From an uncultured delta proteobacterium (lineage in GTDB: Bacteria; Desulfobacterota; Binatia; UBA9968): a DNA stretch of 64,000 nt. Both the position numbers and the translations under genes were made by a program. The notes beneath the pieces are model-generated. The model had not been told where the DNA came from, searched no databases, and saw only the letters and a list, made by a program, of their open reading frames with translations. Where the stretch lies: assembly GCA_963760795.1 (NCBI GenBank), contig CAVXEP010000022.1, forward strand, positions 1-64,000, in the 5' to 3' direction. Below are positions 1-10,498 of this stretch, piece by piece. Positions within the stretch are counted from its first letter, which is position 1; every line of letters starts with the position of its first letter.

Positions 1-845
1 AGCAACGCGACGCGCCCCGCTCCACCGGTATGAATGGTAATCGGCAGCCCGAGTTTGCGTGCGCCGTCCCAATCGCGGCGAAGCGTCGGCGTCGTCACCG
101 CTCCGCGCGGCGAATCGCTGAGGCTGCGGGCAGCCATGCCTAGGGTCAGCAGGCGGTCGCTCGGCGCACTGAACCATTCTCGTTGCACGCGCGCCAGATC
201 GACGAGATCCATTGTCTGATCGGCCGGGAGTCCACCTTGAGGCGTTCCATAGGAGAACCGAGCGCGTATCCCGGTATCGCGCAAGGCGCGAATGTCGGCG
301 TCTGCGTAAGCGGGACCACGAACGTTGTGGGACCAGTCGTGCACGGTGGTGATGCCGGAATAAAGCATCTCGGCCGCTGCCAGGCGCACACCGCGGTACA
401 TATCCTCCGGCGTATACTCTTTGCCCAGCGCCAGGGTCAGCGCGAAGTAGCCCATCTTCGGCCCCTCATCGACCAGATTGCGCAGCGGGGTGTTCCACAG
501 ATGAGAGTGGGTATCAATCAAACCCGGTAGCGCGATCATGCCCCGCCCGTCAATGATTTCACCGCTTGCGGTTCGAATATCTTTGCCCACCGCAACGATC
601 TCGCCCGCGCGCACATGAACGTCGCCGCCGGTTAAATCTCCCAGCGCCGGGTCCATTGTCAGGATTTGTGCGCCGCGCACCACGAACTCGCCGCGGTTGG
701 GAAGCGTCGCCGCGGCGCGGTCTCGTGCACCGACGGCGGCCTGCGTCATGGTTCGCGTGCCGCAGCCAATTAAGCCGATCGATCCGAGCACTGCCACGGC
801 ATTGAGAAACCCGCGCCGATTCAGCGTTATCGTTTCTTTCATCAT
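1..845 (-). CDS. Amidohydrolase (MtaD/AtzA/SsnA-like) with Tat signal; runs off the window start
   Basis: Manual translation MMKETITLNRRGFL...LIGC...GDVHVRAGEIVAVG...ALPGLIDTHSHLW...GITTVHDW; GAGG RBS upstream; absent from the ORF track because it is incomplete. Confidence 0.85.
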   Translation of the reverse strand, partial: MMKETITLNRRGFLNAVAVLGSIGLIGCGTRTMTQAAVGARDRAAATLPNRGEFVVRGAQILTMDPALGDLTGGDVHVRAGEIVAVGKDIRTASGEIIDGRGMIALPGLIDTHSHLWNTPLRNLVDEGPKMGYFALTLALGKEYTPEDMYRGVRLAAAEMLYSGITTVHDWSHNVRGPAYADADIRALRDTGIRARFSYGTPQGGLPADQTMDLVDLARVQREWFSAPSDRLLTLGMAARSLSDSPRGAVTTPTLRRDWDGARKLGLPITIHTGGAGRVAL

Positions 846-979
846 TTTACCTCGATTGCCCGAAAGCTTGTCATCGTCCCGCGTTCACGACCGATTCACC
901 TACCGCCCTCACCGTGTTATCGATTTACAGACTACCAATTTTAGCCATCCAGAAACTCGATGCCACAACCTGCGCGCGA

Positions 980-1954
980 CTATTTGGCAAAGCCAAGCTC
1001 CCGGCGCGCCTTGTCCAAGAAACTATAATCGACCACCTCGGCGACCTTGATCGGGCGGGTTACCTTGGCGCTCTCGCGCGCCAGGTCGACCAGCAACTGC
1101 ACCGAATCGTTCGAGATCGTCCCGTCTTTGGCCAGCACCCGGCTGACATCCTTGAAAATCTCCTCTGCCATCTTACGGTCGCCAAGCTTCCAGCGCTTCT
1201 GCACCAGATCGACTATCTCCCCATGCCGGCTCTTGTCTAGCAAATACTGTAGTGCGCGCAACTCGGCCCGGACCATGCGGTAGACCTCGTCGGGATTTTC
1301 CTTGATTCTTTTCTCAGTAGCGCCGAAGCCGGCTTGGGCGAACTCGACGACATCGCCGAGAAATAACAGTTCATTAAATCCCTTCTCACGCGCGAATATG
1401 TTTTCCGGCACCGACAGCAACGAAGCATCCACCGCGCCCGATTCGAGCACGGCTAAACGGCCCGCCGCCGTGCCGCCCATGGGCAGGATCGTTACATCCC
1501 GCCCCGGTTCGAGACCGACATGGCGCAGCGCCTGCACGGCGAGCAGCGTCGCCGAAGCGCCGGGCGTGCTGCCGGCGACTTTCTTCCCCTTGAGATCGCG
1601 CGGCTCCTTGATCTCTTTGCGGCTCACCAGAAACATCAGCGGCCGCGACACCGTAAACAGCAAAACTTTCATCGGCCGCCCTTGCACCGCGGCGCTGATC
1701 ACTCCGGTCGCCGCGCCGTTATAATCGAGGTCGCCGGTCATCAGCGCCGTACTCGCCAGCGTCGCCGGCATGTGAATCAGCTCGACATCTAAGCCTTCGT
1801 CGCGAAAGAAGCCCTTGTCGTGGGCGGCGAAGGTCGGCAGCAGCGTCACCGTCGTCGACGACAGGGATAAACGAATCTTCTTCCGGCTCGACTGGGCAGC
1901 GGCGTCAATCGCAGCCAGCAGCACAAGCACCGCAACGAATGATTTGATGATCAT
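980..1954 (-). CDS. SsuA/NMT1-THI5-like substrate-binding protein
   Basis: Signal peptide MIIKSFVAVLVLLAAIDAAA; KGFFRDEGLDVEL, DLKGKKVA motifs. Confidence 0.85.
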   Translation of the reverse strand: MIIKSFVAVLVLLAAIDAAAQSSRKKIRLSLSSTTVTLLPTFAAHDKGFFRDEGLDVELIHMPATLASTALMTGDLDYNGAATGVISAAVQGRPMKVLLFTVSRPLMFLVSRKEIKEPRDLKGKKVAGSTPGASATLLAVQALRHVGLEPGRDVTILPMGGTAAGRLAVLESGAVDASLLSVPENIFAREKGFNELLFLGDVVEFAQAGFGATEKRIKENPDEVYRMVRAELRALQYLLDKSRHGEIVDLVQKRWKLGDRKMAEEIFKDVSRVLAKDGTISNDSVQLLVDLARESAKVTRPIKVAEVVDYSFLDKARRELGFAK

Positions 1955-1983
1955 TGAACGACCTATGCCCCGACTCCCCGGGC

Positions 1984-2019
1984 TTGAACGTTTGGAACGA
2001 CTTGAACGTTTTGAACGCC
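1984..2019. repeat. 9-nt-period TTGAAC tandem repeat
   Basis: ttgaacgtt tggaacgac ttgaacgtt ttgaacgcc. Confidence 0.8.
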
Positions 2020-2025
2020 TCTGCT

Positions 2026-3153
2026 TCACCCCCACACCCGCCGCGCGACCCTCGCGACCAATTCCAACTTGCGTCGCATATCGTCCCAGGTGATCAAATT
2101 TCCCAGCAGCGTCGACGCGAAGCCGCACTGGGTGCTGAGAGCCAGGTTTTCCAACGGCACGTACTGACTCGCCTCGTCGATGCGGCGGCACAAGATCTCT
2201 TCCGGCTCCAGCCGCGCTTCCTTGGTGGTGATCAGACCCAGCACGACGGTTTTTCCTTTGGCGACGAAGCGCAGCGGTTCGAAACCGCCGGCGCGCTCGC
2301 TGTCGTATTCCATCAGAAAGCGGTCGGCATGGAGCCCGCTGAAAGTTTTTTCGGCGATGACTTCGTAGCTGCCTTCAGCGCTCCAGGCACTGCGATTGTT
2401 GCCGCGGCAAAAGTGAATGCCGATGACCGCGCCTGGTTTTCGCGTCAAACCGCCGATAAGCGCGTTGTCGCCGGCGATCACGTCGTCCAAGATTTCGTCC
2501 GGGTCCGCGCCCATGCCGCGCAACTGCTGGCGCCGTCCCTCGTCCATCAGATGGGTTAAATAGGATGGCCCGTCGAGCTGGACATACGACGTTCCGGCGT
2601 CGAAGAGTCCCTGCACTTCTTCGCGCAATAGTGCGGCGAATTCCTGGACCATGTCGCGCCGAGTTGGATACACTTTGTCGGTGACGCCGGCCTTGTACTT
2701 GCTGTCGGCGAACTGGACCACACTCGGCACGCAAACTTTGAATGGCCCGGACGCCTGCTTTTTTAAGAACGCCGCTTCGGCGGCGAAGATGCCCTGGGAT
2801 TTCCGGCGCAGCTTGGCGCCCACCACCGACTCGCCGTCGGGACGGCGGAAACCGCTAGCCAACTCGCCGTTGGGCCCGCGCCAGATCGGTGCCATGATCG
2901 ATTCGCTGGGCACCAAGCCATCCAGCGCGCTGGTAAAATCGGCCATGAAATTGCCGCGCCGATACTCGCCGTCGGTGACAACGTCAACACCGGCTGACTT
3001 CTGTAGCTCCAGCGCTTGCACAATTGCGCGATCCTCGATCTCCCCCAGTTGCTCCGTCGATAGCCGCTTTTGCCGATGGGCGGTGCGGGCGTCGATGAGT
3101 TCCGCCGGCCGCAGCAAACTACCAATATTATCAGCGCGAAAAGAGCTTGCCAT
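2026..3153 (-). CDS. Cobalamin-independent methionine synthase II-like (single barrel) Zn enzyme
   Basis: GSLLRP, TDGEYRR, Zn ligands HFCRGN / LMEYD / QCGF. Confidence 0.9.
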   Translation of the reverse strand: MASSFRADNIGSLLRPAELIDARTAHRQKRLSTEQLGEIEDRAIVQALELQKSAGVDVVTDGEYRRGNFMADFTSALDGLVPSESIMAPIWRGPNGELASGFRRPDGESVVGAKLRRKSQGIFAAEAAFLKKQASGPFKVCVPSVVQFADSKYKAGVTDKVYPTRRDMVQEFAALLREEVQGLFDAGTSYVQLDGPSYLTHLMDEGRRQQLRGMGADPDEILDDVIAGDNALIGGLTRKPGAVIGIHFCRGNNRSAWSAEGSYEVIAEKTFSGLHADRFLMEYDSERAGGFEPLRFVAKGKTVVLGLITTKEARLEPEEILCRRIDEASQYVPLENLALSTQCGFASTLLGNLITWDDMRRKLELVARVARRVWG

Positions 3154-3174
3154 ATTTTTGTCCGGTTCAATCTC

Positions 3175-3218
3175 TTTAACGATTTGAACAGCTTGAACCA
3201 CTTGAACGATTTGAACCT
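3175..3218. repeat. 9-nt-period TTGAAC tandem repeat
   Basis: tttaacgat ttgaacagc ttgaaccac ttgaacgat ttgaacc. Confidence 0.8.
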
Positions 3219-4241
3219 TTAACTTTTGATGCCTAGTTCCTTATTCACCGCCCGCTGCAAGGTAAAGTCGAATATTCGCGCCGCCGGCACGGGCTCGGTC
3301 AACTTTAGCGCCAACGCCTCCTCGGCGAGAAACTCCTTGATCTCTTCATCGGTGGGAATCCCCGTCGGCGTAAACGCCGGCTTACAGCGGCGGTACCACT
3401 CGGTGGCCGTCGCCAGATCGACTTTCCATACCCGCGCGAGGATTTCCGCGGTTTCCTTTTCGTTGTCGTGGAAGAAACGCGCCGACTTGGCCTTGACGCG
3501 CAACAGCCGGCGCAGCCAATCGGGCGACTCCTGGACATACTTGGTTTGCACTCCAATGCCTTGCTGGATGCTGGCGAATTTGTCGATGGAACTTTCTAGC
3601 ACATTCATCTTGAACTTGTCGCGGGCGAGAAACACATAGGGCGGTGTCAATCCGGCGACCTGGATCGAATTGCTTATCATGGCTTGCAGCTGGGTCGCTT
3701 CATCGCCTACTTGAGAAAAAGTCAGCTCTTTGTCCGAGTCGACGCCATGGATCGCGAGCATTTTTCGTGCTGCGGAATGTTGGCTGCCGTTGATGGTCGC
3801 AATGCCAAGCGCCTTGCCTTTCAATTCTTTGGCATTGCGGAACTCCGGACGCGACACTAACCAGAAAATTGGCCGGCGCAGATCGACGGCGACGACGCGC
3901 AAGGGCACGCCGCGCATAATACCGCGCACCGCGCTGCCCACTGAACCGAGAGCGTCGAGTTCGCCGGCGACGCCGGCGGCGATCGCCGCGTTGGCGCTCA
4001 TGCGGATCAATTGCGGATCGAAGCCTTCCTCGCGAAAGAAGCCTTTCTCCCGCGCGATGAAAAGTTGGATCGACGGCATGCCGGTGCTCGACATGCTGAC
4101 GGTGATTTTCTGCGGCGCAGTCTGGGCGCCGGCATCGACCGCGAAAACCAATAGGCAACAAATTGCCGACCTAAGGATCAATCCGGGCTGTGAAAACCAA
4201 TTCCTCAGCCGATCCAAAACAGTGTCGAAGTAAAAACGCAT
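3219..4241 (-). CDS. SsuA/NMT1-like substrate-binding protein
   Basis: KGFFREEG, ELKGK; close paralog of 6618-7599. Confidence 0.85.
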   Translation of the reverse strand: MRFYFDTVLDRLRNWFSQPGLILRSAICCLLVFAVDAGAQTAPQKITVSMSSTGMPSIQLFIAREKGFFREEGFDPQLIRMSANAAIAAGVAGELDALGSVGSAVRGIMRGVPLRVVAVDLRRPIFWLVSRPEFRNAKELKGKALGIATINGSQHSAARKMLAIHGVDSDKELTFSQVGDEATQLQAMISNSIQVAGLTPPYVFLARDKFKMNVLESSIDKFASIQQGIGVQTKYVQESPDWLRRLLRVKAKSARFFHDNEKETAEILARVWKVDLATATEWYRRCKPAFTPTGIPTDEEIKEFLAEEALALKLTEPVPAARIFDFTLQRAVNKELGIKS

Positions 4242-4344
4242 AGTGAAATTTCCCCTTCGTCATTTGAGCGGTGTTGATTTGAATACCTGCAAACTCTAGC
4301 CTGCTCCGTCTTAACTTAGCGCAAGTGTCGTTTCGGCAAAGCGG

Positions 4345-5118
4345 TTAGCGCGAAACCGAGGAAACCTGGGCCAGCTCCGCTGATAGTTCGTTCGCTGCCT
4401 GCACCAGTGCGGCCGCCACCGGCGCCTCTCGCTCCGGCGCGGTTCCGCCGACCCATAAAACGCCGCACACACTGCCGGCGCGATCGAGGACCGGCGCAGA
4501 CAATGAAACCGTCCCGGTGTCTCGGCCCCGTTCGCCGCGACTCGAGGCATAACCTGCCTGGCGAATGCGCGCTAGTTCATCTCGGCTCGGCGCCGCGCTC
4601 CGCCACGCTTCAACATCGACATAAGCTTCATTGGACGGATCGACGACATCGGCATTACGCGCCAAGATCTGCTCGGCCAACGGTTGCGGGAAAGATGCCA
4701 GAATCGCTTTAGCCGTAGAGCCGGCGCGCAATCGGGCCGGCTCGGCGTAGCGCAGCGGCGGCAGCGCCGCGAGCACGCTCTGCGGCCGATGCGGACATTC
4801 ATCGATAAATCGATGACAGTCGCCTTCGATCACAGCCAAGCCGATCTTTTGTTGGGTCAGATCATGCAGTCGTTGCAGGTAGGGCCAGGCGCGGCAGCGC
4901 AACGCGATGTTGAAACCGCTCATGCCCAGCTCCGCTGCCCGCTCAGCCAATCGGTAGCGATGGGCGAAGACCGGATCGTCTTCGCAAAGATTGACACCGG
5001 CTAGAACGCTGAGCGCGGCTTCGACTTCCGCCACGGCGCAACCGGCGTCCGCGGCGAGATCTGCGAGAGTTGCTCCCTGGGTGCGCTTGGCCAGGCTGAG
5101 CAACAGCTGCAAAGTCAA
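4345..5118 (-). CDS. IclR-family transcriptional regulator (divergent; start uncertain)
   Basis: N-terminal HTH-like segment, YRL; GSTAKAILA, IRQAGYA...SLSAPV effector domain. Confidence 0.75.
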   Translation of the reverse strand: MTLQLLLSLAKRTQGATLADLAADAGCAVAEVEAALSVLAGVNLCEDDPVFAHRYRLAERAAELGMSGFNIALRCRAWPYLQRLHDLTQQKIGLAVIEGDCHRFIDECPHRPQSVLAALPPLRYAEPARLRAGSTAKAILASFPQPLAEQILARNADVVDPSNEAYVDVEAWRSAAPSRDELARIRQAGYASSRGERGRDTGTVSLSAPVLDRAGSVCGVLWVGGTAPEREAPVAAALVQAANELSAELAQVSSVSR

Positions 5119-5303
5119 TTTGGCGAGCAGGCTATCGGCTTGGCTGTTCAGACGTCACCTCTGAAGCGATTACTGAATTGGCAGTCAATTTCTGCGGTCG
5201 CCGGCACGAGCATTGGGCCCAAACTCTTACTAACCGCGACAATTGGCTGGAGACTATGCATGTCAAATCATCCTGTCAACTGGAGTTTGCTCTGGAAATT
5301 CGG

Positions 5304-5332
5304 TTGACGGGAACTGTTTATTTGCCTATTTT
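5304..5332 (+). promoter_or_regulatory. sigma70-type promoter, probably giving a leaderless mRNA
   Basis: TTGACG-N17-TATTTT ending 8 nt before ATG 5341; no SD. Confidence 0.5.
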
Positions 5333-5340
5333 CCGACTAG

Positions 5341-6339
5341 ATGAAAAGCTTTCGATCACTGGTTTGGACCACGTTGTGCTTTTCCATTGCGAGTGGCTTC
5401 ATTGGCGCGCCGACCGCGCATGGTGCAAGCGCGGTTCCGGACAAAGTGCGCGCCGCGTATTCCTCGCCGAGCCCGACACAAGGCGTGCTCTGGGTGGCGC
5501 AGATGGGCGGACTATTTCTGCGCAACGGTCTCAGCGTTGAAATCATCTTCACCCGCGCTGCCATCGAAACACTGGTCGCGGGGGAAGTCGAATTCGGTCA
5601 AATGACCGGCGCACTGATGTCATCAGCCAAGCTACAAGGCGCCGATCCCGTCATGATCGCCGGCATCCAGGATCAGTTGGACGATCGGCTGGTCGCTCGC
5701 CCAACGATCAAATCGATGGAAGAGCTCAAGGGCAAACGCATCGGCATTTTTCGCTTTGGCTCCGCCTCGCATTTGCGCGTGCTGAATATTTTACCGCGCT
5801 ACGGGTTGAGCGAACGGGACGTGGCGTTTTTACAGATCGGTGACAATCCGGCGCGTCTCATCGCCTTGCTGGGCGGCGCCATCGACGCGACGCTCTTGCC
5901 GCCGCCGGACCATCTGGAAGCGCTGCGCGGTAATATGAAGCTCTTGCTCAACCTGCGCGAACTGAACGTTTATTACCAGGGCACCGGTCTGGTCACCACC
6001 CAGCGTTTGCTGGCCAAGCGCCGCGATCTTGCCCGGCGCTTCATGAAGTCATACGTCGAGGCGATCCATCTGGTAAAAACCAATCCGGAAGTGTCGAAAC
6101 GCGCTTTTTCCAAGTACCGGCAAACCAAGGATGAAAAACAATTGGAAGACGCCTATCAGACCCTCCGCGAAGTCGTAAAGCCAAAGCCCTACCCATCTTT
6201 GGAGGGATTCAACACCATCATCAAGGATGCCATCGAGAGAATTCCTGCGGCAAAGAACGCCAATGCGAAAGACTTCATCGACACGAGCTTGCTCGAAGAG
6301 CTGGATCGTTCAGGGTATATCGATGGCCTGTATCGTTGA
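5341..6339 (+). CDS. SsuA/NMT1-like substrate-binding protein
   Basis: Signal peptide; ELKGKRIGIFRFGSAS; C-terminal FIDTSLLEELDRSGYI. Confidence 0.85.
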   Translation: MKSFRSLVWTTLCFSIASGFIGAPTAHGASAVPDKVRAAYSSPSPTQGVLWVAQMGGLFLRNGLSVEIIFTRAAIETLVAGEVEFGQMTGALMSSAKLQGADPVMIAGIQDQLDDRLVARPTIKSMEELKGKRIGIFRFGSASHLRVLNILPRYGLSERDVAFLQIGDNPARLIALLGGAIDATLLPPPDHLEALRGNMKLLLNLRELNVYYQGTGLVTTQRLLAKRRDLARRFMKSYVEAIHLVKTNPEVSKRAFSKYRQTKDEKQLEDAYQTLREVVKPKPYPSLEGFNTIIKDAIERIPAAKNANAKDFIDTSLLEELDRSGYIDGLYR

Positions 6340-6354
6340 ACACGCGTGTGCGGA

Positions 6355-6416
6355 TTCGAGTCGGGGTTTTGAGTTTCGAGTTGAACCCGAAACCCGAGAC
6401 TCGAGACCCGAAACTC
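6355..6416. repeat. Heptamer-period inverted repeat (hairpin)
   Basis: ttcgagt cggggtt ttgagtt tcgagtt / aacccga aacccga gactcga gacccga. Confidence 0.75.
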
Positions 6417-6444
6417 TCGAGCACTGCATTTAGACCGGAGGCCC

Positions 6445-6546
6445 ATGAAACGCAGCGCCAACCGTATTCTCACGACGCACCGTGGTTTGGGCAAAGTTTA
6501 AGGCACTGGCGGAGGATACCCGATCGCCACGAAACAGCTCTGGTAG
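6445..6546 (+). pseudogene. Deletion scar of a MetE-II-like gene (N- and C-termini only)
   Basis: GGAGG RBS + MKRSANRILTTH joined to TVVWAKFKALAE...IATKQLW*. Confidence 0.7.
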
Positions 6547-6617
6547 CGCGGTGAATTCCGATGCCGAATTTCAAGCTTCAAACGCGAACCGACGTAGAGC
6601 AGATCACGATCTTCGGA

Positions 6618-7599
6618 TCAGCCTTTGATCCCCAGTTCGCGCAGCACTTCACGCTGAATCGTAAAATCAACGATTTTTGACGGTGCCACCGGCTCAGGCA
6701 GCTTGAGGATCTGGGCGTCGCTGAGAAGATGCTCCTTGACCTCATCGTCGGTGGGGATGCCGGTGTTGGTAAATGCCGGCTTGGAAGCGCGGTAGGATTC
6801 CAAGGCCGTCTTGAAATCGACTTTGTAAAGCCGCGCCAGGTATTCGCTTCCTTCGCGCTCGTTCTCCAGATAGTAACGGTTTCCCTTGGCCCGCGCGCGC
6901 AAAATCTTCTTCACCAGATCGGGCTTCTCTTGCAAGAGCTTAAGCGAAACGACCAGGCCACTGTCGATGCCGGCGAAACGGTCGAGCGCGCTATCGAGAA
7001 TATTCATCTTGAACTTGTCGCGGGCGACAGCAACCCAAGGCGGACTGAGCGCGGTGATCTGCACCGAGTTGTTGATCAAGGCCTGCAACTGCATGGTCTG
7101 ATCGTTGATTTGAATCGAAGTGATATCCTTCTCCGCGTCCAAACCGCCCGCCGCCAACATGCCTTTTGCCCGCAGATGCTGGCTGCCGCCGATGGTCGAG
7201 ATGCCGAGCACCTTGCCCTTTAACTCTTTAACTGCGCGGTACTCGGGCCGGACCACGAGCCAAAACAGTGGGCGGCGCAAGGTCACGACTACGACCCGCA
7301 GAGGCGCGCCCCGCTGGATCGCCCGAATGGCGCTACCGATAGCCGCTTGACCGTCGAGTTCGCCGGCGATACTGGCCGTGATCGCGAGATTGGAGCTCAT
7401 CTGAATCAGCTGCGGCTCCAAACCTTCTTCGCGAAAATAGCCCTTCTCTTTGCCAAGGAAAAGATCGACGTAATTGACGCCGGTACTGGAGTACGCGATG
7501 GCGACGCGTTGCAACGGCGCCTGCGCCCACAGGTCCGCGCGATCTACCGACGTGACAATCAACAGGGCATAGGAAAGCCGCCGCGAAACTCGCTCTCAT
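6618..7599 (-). CDS. SsuA/NMT1-like substrate-binding protein (1-nt frameshift in the signal region near 7565)
   Basis: MRASFAAAFLC joins LLIVTSV if one C is removed; KGYFREEG. Confidence 0.8.
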
Positions 7600-7763
7600 A
7601 ATCTGGCTCCCAAGTCGAAAAACTATTTCAGCCTCAGCGTAAACGCGCGACAATAGCTCTACCCCAGATAACTTCGAATTGTCCAGCCATCTTTCACGCC
7701 ACGGCCCACTTGGCAGCATGACAGGATTTGGCTAGTATCGCCTTCGAGGTAATCGAGGCCACC

Positions 7764-9090
7764 ATGCAATACCGTTACATCTCCGGCGACTCTCACTTAG
7801 AAATCGACTCGAAACACTGGCTCGGCCGCGTGCCGGCCAAGTATCGCGACCAGGCGCCGCGCTTGGTGCGCCAAGCCGACGGCAGCGATATGTGGATGAT
7901 CGGTGACAAGATCAAACGCGCCGCCGCGGCCGCCGATCTGTACGGTGGCAAAGGTCGCGACGCCTACGTCCCATTTGATGGCCGCTACGAAGGCACTCCT
8001 GGCACCGGCAGCCCTGAACAGCGCATCGGCGAGCAGGAGCGCGACGGCATCGATGCCGAGGTATTGTTCCCGTCGCAGCAGGGCGGTCCTAAGTTTTGGC
8101 GCCGCGTCGAAGACAACGACGCTTACAAAGCGCTGGTGCGCGCCTACAACGGCTGGCTCGCCGAAGAATACTGCGCTGTGAATTCTCAACGTCTGCTCGG
8201 CGTCGGCATCCTGCCATTGGGCTGCCAACTGAACGACGTCATCGACGAATTGGAATATTGCAGCAAGGCAGGCTTCAAGACCGTCTTGCTCCAAGGATTT
8301 CCCAGCGGCAACGCCTACCCCTGTGAAGCTGACGACCGTTTCTGGGCGCGCACACTGGAACTGAACATGCCGGTGAGCGTCCACGTCGACTTGGATCGCA
8401 CCGGCGAACGCAAAGAGCCGCTGTTCAAGTACCCAATAGAATCCGCGGAAATCATGAAAAAATTGACCCACGATCTGGTCGACCAGGTCGGCCGCTTCGG
8501 CCCGATGCGCGGCAACGGCTCGATCGCCGCCGTGCAGTGGGTGTTGTCCGGCCTCTTCGACCGCTTGCCGAACGCTTCGCGTGTTCTTCGCCGAGAATCA
8601 GATCGGCTGGATTCCATTTTTCCTGCAAGGCGCCGACGTGCGCTACGACCGCCATCACCGCTGGGCCGAGCGGCTGCTGGGCTTCAAACCGCTCAAGCGG
8701 CCGCCCAGCGAATATATCCGCGAATACTGCTACTGGGGCTTTCAGTACGACCGCGTCGGCGTCGAGCTGCGCGACAAGATCAACGTCGACCGCTTGATGT
8801 GGGGCTCCGACTTCCCCCATCAAGAGTCCGACTGGCCCGACTCGCTCAAGATCATCGACAAAAACTTCGCCGGTGTGCCGGAGGAGGACAAACATAAAAT
8901 GACCTGCGGCAACGCCATGGAGTTTTTCCGGCTCAAGCTCATACCTCGTTGGATGGGAAGATCGATCTCACCACGAAAGTCACGAAGAACACGAAGGTCG
9001 GATAATATTTTCCGAACTTCGTGCCTTCGTGTCCTTCGTGGTGCAAAAGTAATCTACGCGAACATCCAAAGTTCGAAAACTTCAAGATGA
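7764..9090 (+). CDS. Amidohydrolase_2 (LigW/ACMSD-like), frameshifted near 8575; homologous part ends near 8940
   Basis: ISGDSH, DGIDAEVLFP, SVH, FAENQIGW, WGSDFPH, GNA. Confidence 0.85.
8969..9043. repeat. CACGAAG nonamer-period palindromic element
   Basis: caccacgaaagtcacgaagaacacgaagg-tcgga...tccga-acttcgtgccttcgtgtccttcgtggtg. Confidence 0.85.
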
Positions 9091-10192
9091 TTAAAAGTGG
9101 CTATTCCTCGCACTCTTCCTATCCGTCGGATCGGTCCGATCCGTCCACGCCCAAGACAGTTGGCAAACCGAATGGGAGCGCACGCTCAAGGCCGCCGAGC
9201 AGGAAGGCCAAGTGGTCTACTCCGGCTGCGGCAGCCACGATTTCTTGAAAGAGTTTCAAAAACAGTTTCCCAAGATCAAGCTCGTCAGCGTCTCGCTTTC
9301 TTGCACGCAGCTGGTGTCGCGGATCATGGCCGAGCGGCGCGCCGGCAAATATCTCGCCGACGTGGTCCGTTTCGGCCTCACTTCGGCACACTCGTTCTAC
9401 CGCGCCAAGGTGCTCCAGCCCATCGACTCGGCGTTCATCCTGCCGGAAGTAAAAGACCCGTCAAAATGGTGGCAGAACAAACATCACTATTCCGACCCGG
9501 ATGGCAAGTATCTAATCATCCCCGCCGCCAGCATCTACGAACGCTTCGCCAGCTACCATGCCGCGTTGGCGAGCCCGAGCGAATTCAAATCCTTCGCGGA
9601 TGTCTTGAATCCCAAGTGGAAAGGCAAGATCGTCGCCACCGACCCCAAGACCGGCGAAGGGCGCAACGGCGCGCGCTTCCTCTATCACCATCCCGAGCTC
9701 GGGCCGCAGTATCTGCGCCGCCTGCTGAGCGAAATGGATATCACCTACTCGCGCGATTACCGTCAGGCCACCGATTGGCTGGCGCAAAAACGCTTCGCGC
9801 TCTATCTCTTCAGCCAGTCCGACGACACGCTCAACGCCAAAAGCCAGGGACTGTCGGTACAGGTGCTCGACACCGGCAATTGGAAGGAAGCACCCGGACT
9901 GGACGCCATCGGCGGCGCCTATTTACTCATGGACAAGCCGGCCCATCCCAACGCCGCAAAGATTCTCGTCAACTGGCTGCTCTCCCGCGACGGCCAGATC
10001 GCCCTGCAGCGCGACGGCGAAAACGCCGGCAGCACCGACTCCCTGCGCATAGACATCCCGAAAGCCGACGTGAACCCAATCATGCGCCGCAAAGACGGCG
10101 TCAAGTATCTGGAGATGTGGAACCCCAACTGGATGAACATGAAACCGGTGGAAGAACTGATCAACCAGGTGATGGGCGGCACAAAGAATTGA
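9087..10192 (+). CDS. Fe(III)/polyamine-type extracellular solute-binding protein (1-nt deletion in A-run near 9095)
   Basis: Adding one A restores MIKKWLFLALFLSVGSVRSVHAQDSWQTEWERTLKAAEQEG; LNPKWKGKI, PAHPNAAK. Confidence 0.8.
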
Positions 10193-10278
10193 TGAACTTT
10201 GCACAGAAAGAAGCCTAATGGACGCTTGGGTAAAAGTGCCGTCTATTGTAAAGTAATGTCCAGGACGAGGAGAAGCCC

Positions 10279-10498
10279 ATGTCTAAAACCATCGAAAGGC
10301 TAACGGCAGAAATCCACGCATTAGCAGAAACGAAAAACTCGAACTGGTGGATGCAATACTGACGGACTTGGATAAACCAAATCCTGAAATTGACCGCATC
10401 TGGGGTGAAGAAGCACGAAAACGCTGGCTGCCTACAAGGCAGGTCGCGTAACGACGGTCGACTATGAAACCGTCATGGCAAAATATCGCAAGCCGTGA
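10279..10498 (+). pseudogene. Addiction-module antitoxin (two frameshifts)
   Basis: MSKTIERLTAEIHAL...KLELVDAILTDLDKPNPEIDRIWGEEARKRW...YKAGRV across frames. Confidence 0.7.
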
